IMG/VR virus record: IMGVR_UViG_3300031998_000056
Coordinates: 1-64,000 of that record
Direction: 5' to 3' (one strand)
Length of the DNA: 64,000 nucleotides
Source: a virus
Lineage: Duplodnaviria > Caudoviricetes
The notes beneath the pieces were generated by a model. It did no database searches, had not been told where the DNA came from, and was given only the letters and a program-made list of their open reading frames with translations. This document shows positions 57,223 to 64,000 of this stretch, one piece after another (the stretch's first letter is position 1; each line of letters begins with the position of its first letter). Made by a program: the position numbers and the translations under genes.

Positions 57223-57450
57223 TTACACGATAGCTACGGCCTTCACCTCCTTCCAATCAGTAGAAGCAGAAGTCCCGATTGAAACATACATCTTCTGTGT
57301 AGAAGTGGCAAAGTAGAGCAGGTTCTTTGCTTTCGGAGCTGTACTCGGAGCGTTTGTACCCTGCGTTAAGAGACCTTCCAAAGCGGTGATGGCGGCATCC
57401 TGTGCGGCCTCATGGGTCTTTTCTTCAATATTATCTGCGTAACGTCCCAT
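57223..57450 (-). CDS. small virion protein
   Basis: 75-aa ORF. Confidence 0.65.
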   Translation of the reverse strand: MGRYADNIEEKTHEAAQDAAITALEGLLTQGTNAPSTAPKAKNLLYFATSTQKMYVSIGTSASTDWKEVKAVAIV

Positions 57451-57469
57451 ATTTTTAAAAGTTAAGAGA

Positions 57470-57859
57470 TTAGAGATTTAAGTTGGGGAATGTGAAACCT
57501 TGCTTCTTGGCGAACTCCAATGCCGATTCTGGGCGGCGATAGGTCTTTTCAAGATTCGTTGCCACGAACTCAAGCAGTTGTTCGGGAGATGTAACATCCT
57601 CGATGACGTTGCTGGCAGGGGCTTTCCTTACTTTCTCACCACCTTCATCCTCCTTGACGAGGCGCACATATCCCTGCTTGAACATATCGCTATCCTCGAG
57701 CAAATCTTGGGAATACTGCGTTTTTAGTATGAGTGTGGCTGCCTTGCCCGTCAGCGGGTCGCCTCCAGCAAAGTTGTAACGCATGGCGTTACCCGTTTTT
57801 CCGCGAAGTACGAAACTGTTGTTGCGTAGCGGCTGGGTTAGTTTATAAGTCTTAATCAT
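57470..57859 (-). CDS. hypothetical virion protein
   Basis: 129-aa ORF following the capsid gene. Confidence 0.75.
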   Translation of the reverse strand: MIKTYKLTQPLRNNSFVLRGKTGNAMRYNFAGGDPLTGKAATLILKTQYSQDLLEDSDMFKQGYVRLVKEDEGGEKVRKAPASNVIEDVTSPEQLLEFVATNLEKTYRRPESALEFAKKQGFTFPNLNL

Positions 57860-57894
57860 GATTCAGTTCAGAGATTAGAGTTTAGAGTTGAGAG

Positions 57895-57928
57895 AAAGGT
57901 GGGGTGGAGAATTTCCACCCCATACCTT
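57895..57928 (-). terminator. strong hairpin after the capsid gene
   Basis: GGGGTGGA-GAATT-TCCACCCC stem extended by AAGGT/ACCTT. Confidence 0.55.
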
Positions 57929-57931
57929 CGT

Positions 57932-59605
57932 TTAGCCTGCGATGTCAGTACCAGTGTACTCTTCCCAAGAATCGCCGTCCCAAATGTAGACCTTGCCCTT
58001 TTCGAAGGTCTCATCGGGTGTCGGGGCTTCATGCTCAATCACGAAGTCGCTGGTCAAAGCAATCTTCATGTTGGTGGAAGGATTGGAAGGAAGCACGTTA
58101 GAGCTGACGATGTAGTTAATCACGCCCTGATCCATGAGGTTGAAGATACCGCCCTCGGGGCCTACCATGATGGAGTTGTAACCCTTCAATGCCACAGCAT
58201 CGGTGTCGTACTCCCAATGTGTCTTGGCCAGACGGATATCGCCAGCGCCCTTCGACATGTCGTTGGTGCGGCTGCGGCCCTTCTCCTTGATGTAGTGAAC
58301 GGCGTTATCCATGTCGAGGATGAACATGTAGTCGGCCATGCCCATGAAGTCGAGGGTCTGATCCCAGATGAAGTTGATTTCACCGAAGGTGTCCTTGAAC
58401 TTCTTGAAGGTGAGGTCGTACTCGCTCTCAACGGTCATGTGAATCTGACGATTCGTGCCGGGGTTGATGTTCTCCAAGCGCTCGATAGCGTTCTTACCGC
58501 AGAATGCGAATGCGCGGTTAGAGGTAGCGAAGTCAGTGAACTGAAGCTTCGACAGGGCGATAAGGTCGGACAGGGTGTACTCGTTGCCGATAGCATAGTG
58601 GTTGGGAATCTGTGTCATGATACCCTCTGAGTAGAACACATCCTCCACAGAGCCGTCATCGTTCATACGCTTACGCTTTGCCTTGACACCAAACCAATAG
58701 CCACGCTCAACACGCATGTCGTCCTTGATGGAAGCATCCTCCAAGAGGTTAGCCACCTTGACGGGGTACTTCTTCTTAGCCACCTCAAACTCCTCGGTGA
58801 AGGTAACGTTCCAGCCGTGCTTCTGGAGGTAGACCTCGCGCTCACGGGGCTGGAAGTTATCGGGAGTAACGAGAAGCTGCGATTCGCTCATGGCGTTCCA
58901 CATACCAACGAGGTACGTACCTACAGCAAGCTGAGGAACGGTCTGATAGTCGTATTCATCGCCCACCTGTGTAGAAACAGCAGCAGGGCCGTTGATGGCT
59001 ACCAAGGTTGCACCAGTCTTGTCGCGCTCAATCACCTCAAGAACGAGGAAGTTACCATCGTGTTCGCTCTGGCTGCCGGGCTTGTAGCCACCCATCGAGG
59101 GAACAGCGAGGAGGTCGTACTTGCGGAAAGCGAGGAGGTTGCCAGAGAAGTTGTCCTTCGTGAGCTTCACCTGTGCGCCAGCGCTGACCTGTGTAGTGAT
59201 AGTTCCATCAAGAGTCTCACCACCTACGCGAGCGTGCATGATAGAATAATTGGTAACACTCTGTGTCTTTGCCACACGGCTCAGAATGCGGAGGAACGGA
59301 ACCTTGTAAGGACGAATCTGTGTGATTTTATCCTCACGCTCTTGGTCTTCCAAACCACCCTCACGAATCTGAGTGGCGCTGGCCTGTGTACCTGTTAGCA
59401 CCTGACCTGCGTTGTCGCCACCAGGCATTACGCGGTCGTTAACGGTCGGGTCGACAGGCTCATGGTCGGCAGCAGGGTCGGCCTTCAACATGTCGTCCGT
59501 TCCGGGATTCTCAATAGTGCCGGGAGCCATGCAGCCACCGCCACTTACAACTGCGACAGCGGTGAGCATATAGCTCAGCAATCGCCAAAAGTTGACTTTT
59601 TTCAT
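57932..59605 (-). CDS. major capsid protein (DUF5309/SU10-like)
   Basis: Follows scaffold; strongly biased highly-expressed codon usage; REVYLQK, VERGYWFG, SEGIMTQI, KDTFGEI motifs. Confidence 0.75.
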   Translation of the reverse strand: MKKVNFWRLLSYMLTAVAVVSGGGCMAPGTIENPGTDDMLKADPAADHEPVDPTVNDRVMPGGDNAGQVLTGTQASATQIREGGLEDQEREDKITQIRPYKVPFLRILSRVAKTQSVTNYSIMHARVGGETLDGTITTQVSAGAQVKLTKDNFSGNLLAFRKYDLLAVPSMGGYKPGSQSEHDGNFLVLEVIERDKTGATLVAINGPAAVSTQVGDEYDYQTVPQLAVGTYLVGMWNAMSESQLLVTPDNFQPREREVYLQKHGWNVTFTEEFEVAKKKYPVKVANLLEDASIKDDMRVERGYWFGVKAKRKRMNDDGSVEDVFYSEGIMTQIPNHYAIGNEYTLSDLIALSKLQFTDFATSNRAFAFCGKNAIERLENINPGTNRQIHMTVESEYDLTFKKFKDTFGEINFIWDQTLDFMGMADYMFILDMDNAVHYIKEKGRSRTNDMSKGAGDIRLAKTHWEYDTDAVALKGYNSIMVGPEGGIFNLMDQGVINYIVSSNVLPSNPSTNMKIALTSDFVIEHEAPTPDETFEKGKVYIWDGDSWEEYTGTDIAG

Positions 59606-59638
59606 GTTACTTTGAATTAAAAATTTCGTTATTATGTT

Positions 59639-60406
59639 TTATTGAGTATACTTCCTTACGAAGTCCATCATAGATTCCTTCTTCTCGGCCTTGGGAAGGG
59701 CACGGCCACCACCTTGACTGAACGAGGGAGGTACGCGACCTTCGTCAAAAGTCTTTACCTTGTTGGTGTGCTTTTCGTTTCGGGCTTGGATAGCAGCCTC
59801 TTCACGGGCGTTCTTGATGTCGTTGTCGTAGTTCATCGCGTGTAATAGCGCAATCCACGTATCCTTTGCCACCTCACCTCGGAATGCAGGTGCGTAGACC
59901 TTATCCCAGAAATGCTCCCAAAGGCGGTCGAGCTGTTCGTCAGAAAGGCCGAACTCCTTCTGTACTCCGACCAATTCCTGTAGGCTCTTTTCAATGGCCT
60001 CGTCCTGTGCTTTCTGTGCGGCCTCACCTTCGGCTTGCTTCTGCTGCCACGAATTGAACGCATCTGTGACGCGGTTCATTACTTCGGGGTCGTCAAGTGC
60101 GGCCTTGATGTCGATTCCGTTCTTGCTCATCCAGACTAAAGGATTCTCTTCCTCGTCCATGAGCATTGCGCCAATCCAGCGGTGCTTGTCGAGAATACCA
60201 GAGAGCTTGCGTCCAGAGCTACGGAGGTTGCGATAGTTCTCGCGCTCCTCGGCCATACGCCCGTAACGTGCTTCCTTGTCCTCAAAGTCCACATCGGGAT
60301 TGTCCTCTCCGAACATGGCGGCATACTTGTCTCTGTTCGGACGTGCAGGCATCTCGGCTGGCTGCTCTAATGCCTGTTCCTGTAGTAACTTTTCGTCTTT
60401 TGCCAT
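59639..60406 (-). CDS. capsid scaffolding protein
   Basis: Acidic coiled-coil protein between portal and capsid genes. Confidence 0.65.
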   Translation of the reverse strand: MAKDEKLLQEQALEQPAEMPARPNRDKYAAMFGEDNPDVDFEDKEARYGRMAEERENYRNLRSSGRKLSGILDKHRWIGAMLMDEEENPLVWMSKNGIDIKAALDDPEVMNRVTDAFNSWQQKQAEGEAAQKAQDEAIEKSLQELVGVQKEFGLSDEQLDRLWEHFWDKVYAPAFRGEVAKDTWIALLHAMNYDNDIKNAREEAAIQARNEKHTNKVKTFDEGRVPPSFSQGGGRALPKAEKKESMMDFVRKYTQ

Positions 60407-60589
60407 AATAAATGAATTTACAAGCGCAAATATCCGAAAACTTCATTTTCTCTTTTCCTTGTTTCGGATTGAGTAAAAATTTGTGAAGTTAAATCTTGTT
60501 AAAGCGCCCTATGGGGAAATGTTCGCCGCGAAACAAGGAAAAGCAAAATGTTGCTTCCGCTACTTTTGCAGATATAAATAATTTTTTAA

Positions 60590-62548
60590 ATGGCAAAGAT
60601 ACGTACACGCTCACAGGTCGGCCTTCACGATTCGGTAAAGGCCCGAAAACGGAGCAGCGCATTGCCTATTCGCCGCAGCAGAAGGGAGGATAATGACCTA
60701 AAGATAAGGTGCGAACAGGCTTGGAACAACCTTGACGATGTACGACAGACCCGTGAGAGGGTGATGGAATACGTCTACGGAGACCAATGGGGCGACATCA
60801 TCCGCTATAAGAACGGGTTCGTCACAGAGCGCGAATACATCCAGAGGAAGGGCAATGTTCCTTTGCAGAACAACATCATGATAAGCATTCTCCAATCTAT
60901 CGTTGGTTTGTATGCCAAGCAGAGGGGAGAGCCTAATTGTTTTGCCGTAAGGAAAGACGGACAATGGCTGTCGGACATGATGAGCGCTACCATCCAATCG
61001 TGTTGGACTAAAACAAAGATGCCTGATGTGTTGAAGGTGGCGTTTGAGGATTTCGCCCTTGGCGGTGTGGCCGTATCGAGGGAAACCTACGAAGAAAGAG
61101 ACGGATGGAAGGACGCTTGGACTGACTTTATCAATCCAAATTATGTGTTCTGGGAGGCTGGCAACGATTCGCGCATGACCGACTTGAGAATGATTGGCGT
61201 GTTGCATGATGTTGCGCCCGGAGACCTTTACAATCGTTTCTGTACGAAAGAGTACGGATGGTCGGTGGAAGAACTTAATGAAGTGTTCCATATCGAGAAC
61301 GATGAGACCTTGCGTGGCTATCGCAAAGAATCTGGCTTACAGCAGAACGAGAAGGACAGCCTCAGTTCCGTCAGCTTCGACAAGCCCTCGGACGAATCCC
61401 TTTGCAGACTGATAGAGGTTTGGACGAAGGAGACCAAGCCGAGATACCAATGTTACGACCCATTGGCACAGAGTGCCGATGAGGTGGAGTACAGGGTGGA
61501 GATAAACGACCTTTGGCACGTTCAGCAAGAGAACGAGCTGAGGGTGAGACAATACCAAGAGGTGGGCGTTCCCGAAGAAGAGTGGGCGTTGATAGAGTAC
61601 GAACTTGTGGAGGACAGGTATTGGTATTATACCTTCATGGCTCCCGATGGTACAGTCATCGCAGAAGGGGAGACGCCCTATGAATCGCATTCGCACCCGT
61701 TCACGATTAAGCTTTATCCTTACGTGAACAGCGAGATACATCCTTTTATGGGGAATATTATCGACCAGCAGAGGTATATCAACCGCTTGATTATCATGCA
61801 CGATATGGCGGCACGTTCTGCGGCAAAGGGATTGACCATTTTCCCGATAGAGAATATTCCCGATGGAATGTCAAAGGCAGACGTGGCCGATGAGTTGACG
61901 GAGTATGACGGCCTGTTGTTCATTCAGACGAACAGGCTTAACCCGAACCTGCGGCCAGAGATTATCACTTCGAATGCCGTTCAGATCGGCACACAGGAGT
62001 TGTTGCAGATGGAGTTGAACCTTGCGCGAGACATTACGAATGTGTCGGGCGCATTACAGGGCAAGACACCTTCGGCTGGCACATCGGCAGCGAGATACAA
62101 CCAAGAGACGGAGAACGCCACGACCTCTCTGATGTCGATATTGCAAGACTTCACTTCGTTCATGGAGGATATTGCCACGAAGAAGTGCATGATGATTAAG
62201 CAATACTACAGGAAGGGCAGGTTGGTTACGAACAAGGACAAGACCTCGCTGATTGAGTATGATAACTTATCAGCAAGGGATGTATACTTTGAGACGACCA
62301 TCAAGGAGAGTGCCAAGACCGCCGCATTCCAGACGTATCTCAACGATACCGCACTACAACTTTTGCAGATGAACGCCATCAGCGTGAAGCAGTATCTTGA
62401 GGTTGTGAACCTTCCCTATGCTGACGAGTTGTTGCAGATTATCCAGCGTGACGAGGCACAACAGCTTGCCATGCAGCAGCAGCTTGCACAGGAGGGTGTG
62501 AACCAAGAGCAAGTACAGAACGCACAGAAAATGTTACAAGCAGCATAA
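60590..62548 (+). CDS. portal protein (P22-like)
   Basis: 652 aa; YVYGDQW, NNIMISILQSIVG, IIDQQRYINRL, VSGALQG, Gln-rich C-terminus. Confidence 0.8.
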   Translation: MAKIRTRSQVGLHDSVKARKRSSALPIRRSRREDNDLKIRCEQAWNNLDDVRQTRERVMEYVYGDQWGDIIRYKNGFVTEREYIQRKGNVPLQNNIMISILQSIVGLYAKQRGEPNCFAVRKDGQWLSDMMSATIQSCWTKTKMPDVLKVAFEDFALGGVAVSRETYEERDGWKDAWTDFINPNYVFWEAGNDSRMTDLRMIGVLHDVAPGDLYNRFCTKEYGWSVEELNEVFHIENDETLRGYRKESGLQQNEKDSLSSVSFDKPSDESLCRLIEVWTKETKPRYQCYDPLAQSADEVEYRVEINDLWHVQQENELRVRQYQEVGVPEEEWALIEYELVEDRYWYYTFMAPDGTVIAEGETPYESHSHPFTIKLYPYVNSEIHPFMGNIIDQQRYINRLIIMHDMAARSAAKGLTIFPIENIPDGMSKADVADELTEYDGLLFIQTNRLNPNLRPEIITSNAVQIGTQELLQMELNLARDITNVSGALQGKTPSAGTSAARYNQETENATTSLMSILQDFTSFMEDIATKKCMMIKQYYRKGRLVTNKDKTSLIEYDNLSARDVYFETTIKESAKTAAFQTYLNDTALQLLQMNAISVKQYLEVVNLPYADELLQIIQRDEAQQLAMQQQLAQEGVNQEQVQNAQKMLQAA

Positions 62549-62550
62549 GT

Positions 62551-63420
62551 ATGGAAACGATAATATCGACAGCATACGTTCCAACGGCAGAAGAGGCAGA
62601 CCCTACGGTTGTACTCATAGGGTTTACCATCTCTTCTCTTTATCCAGACATCAAGAGACACCTGTCTGTCATCGGGAAGCGGACTGCCAACAAGAACGGG
62701 GAGAATGTGTTCTCCCAGATAACCATTTCTTCTGCCGAAGAACCCATCTTCCTCCAATACATCCAACAGGCTTCACAGAATGTCGTTGCGGCCATCAATC
62801 AGTTCGTATCGAACTATGTTGATAATGGCTCGTTTATCTCGTTCAAGGTTACGAACACACGATGGAACGACCCGACAACTCCGAACTTCGTGGAAGCTTT
62901 CAGACCTGCGTTGAAGAAGTATCTTGTGATGTACACCGTAGCAGAATATCTCTCCATGAACTTCCCAGAACTTGCAAAGAAATACTTTGATGCAGTCCTT
63001 CAAGCCATGCAAGCCATCATACAGCTTGTATTCTTCAAGGCTCCGCCTCCATCACAAGAGGTTGTCGTTTACCCGACTTACTCGCCTGTTCCGCTTGGAA
63101 CGTCAAGCTATGAGTTCTATGTTCCCACAAGGACTATCATCAATCTCGCAAATAAACTGCAAAGCATAGACATTACATTGACGCGAGGCGGTTCGGAGGC
63201 TTCGACATCTTCGATTGTCCTTAGACGAAGTGATGGAACGACAGGGTTGTTCACGAACTCAAGTTACAATTCCTTCACAGGCGACACAACAATCACCGCA
63301 TACCAAGCGCGTGACCTGTCTACCAATCTGGCTGATATTGGAGAGTTTTCAAGATTCATGCCGGGCGCAGTTGATTCTATACATGATGGAGATATACTGA
63401 CCATCACTCCAACTCCCTAA
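62551..63420 (+). CDS. hypothetical virion protein
   Basis: 289-aa ORF following the portal. Confidence 0.75.
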   Translation: METIISTAYVPTAEEADPTVVLIGFTISSLYPDIKRHLSVIGKRTANKNGENVFSQITISSAEEPIFLQYIQQASQNVVAAINQFVSNYVDNGSFISFKVTNTRWNDPTTPNFVEAFRPALKKYLVMYTVAEYLSMNFPELAKKYFDAVLQAMQAIIQLVFFKAPPPSQEVVVYPTYSPVPLGTSSYEFYVPTRTIINLANKLQSIDITLTRGGSEASTSSIVLRRSDGTTGLFTNSSYNSFTGDTTITAYQARDLSTNLADIGEFSRFMPGAVDSIHDGDILTITPTP

Positions 63421-63450
63421 GTAAAATCATAAACGTAAAATAGTAAGATT

Positions 63451-64000
63451 ATGTCAAAGACACTAACCCTGAGCTTGAATAAGAAGCTCATTATTGAGGC
63501 CGTAAAAGCCGACACCTACATCACCGGAGCTATTGACAAGAGCGCCGATGCAGTGAAAAACTCAGCCCTTGCTTATAACGAGCAGGCTGGTGATGATACC
63601 TACCATGAGCGAAAGCTTACCCGTACACTTGCTGGCGCAGTAGGTTCTCTTGAGGCAAACTTCGCAGAGTTTATTGACACAAGCGTACTGAATGCTATTT
63701 CGGACACGCTGGCCGCTGCCGATTCAGACGGCAACTTCACGATTACGATTATCGTCAGCGACCGCTACAACAATGGTTTGGCTTATCCTATCGCCCAGCT
63801 CTCACAGGAGTACATCGTGAACAAGATGCTGTACTATTGGTGGCAGAGCATCCGTCCTACACTTGCCAAGGACTACCTTGCTTTCTCTGCTGAATCGCTG
63901 ACAAACATCCGCCTGTGCTTGGCCAAGACAGCCCCTCTCGCCAACAGCGCATCGTATGAGGACGTTTCGGGTGATGTAAATGGTTCTTCTTCTGAGACCA
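63451..64000 (+). CDS. hypothetical virion protein, truncated by window edge
   Basis: MSKTLTLSLNKKLIIEAVKADTY... open to the end of the window. Confidence 0.75.
   Translation, partial: MSKTLTLSLNKKLIIEAVKADTYITGAIDKSADAVKNSALAYNEQAGDDTYHERKLTRTLAGAVGSLEANFAEFIDTSVLNAISDTLAAADSDGNFTITIIVSDRYNNGLAYPIAQLSQEYIVNKMLYYWWQSIRPTLAKDYLAFSAESLTNIRLCLAKTAPLANSASYEDVSGDVNGSSSET

Noticed and set aside
1-64000. CRISPR array or Cas genes
   Set aside because: No regularly spaced repeat-spacer units and no Cas motifs seen; the 39-bp insert has no flanking repeats
1-64000. Stop-codon reassignment (alternative genetic code)
   Set aside because: Long genes, including the 18-kb ORF, are intact under code 11
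1-64000. Terminase large subunit, replication initiator and tape-measure genes
   Set aside because: No matching motifs; the first two probably lie outside the window, and a tape measure is not expected for a podovirus-like phage

Overview
About 64 kb of a temperate Bacteroidota (Prevotella-like) tailed phage, probably podovirus-like. There is no tape-measure gene; there is a P22/SU10-type portal and capsid, a nozzle-like tail protein and very large internal-virion proteins. No host genes are present, and an apparently intact attP sits next to the integrase, so this looks like the free or excised form. Layout: (i) 1-13.2 kb, minus strand: accessory and recombination operon (DUF3127 SSB, NinB-like, MBL hydrolase, RecT, SbcC-like ATPase, NinG, Xis-like, KilA-N). 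(ii) 13.4-16.5 kb: repressor, attP and tyrosine integrase. (iii) 16.7-23.1 kb, minus strand: early cluster of small genes (PcfJ, PcfK/AcrIIA9-like, acidic proteins), punctuated by tRNA-like hairpins and facing an XRE HTH gene with three palindromic operators. (iv) 25-51 kb: lysis cassette, tail nozzle, ejection proteins and a ~6000-aa DarB-like polyvalent protein. (v) 51-64 kb: tail fibre/spike, capsid, scaffold and portal. The most unusual observations are a precise 39-bp fragment of a virion gene inserted into one copy of a duplicated early gene, a family of tRNA-minihelix-like elements ahead of early genes, and a ~280-nt structured non-coding region beside attP. All product calls come from motif recognition by eye; no database searches were run.
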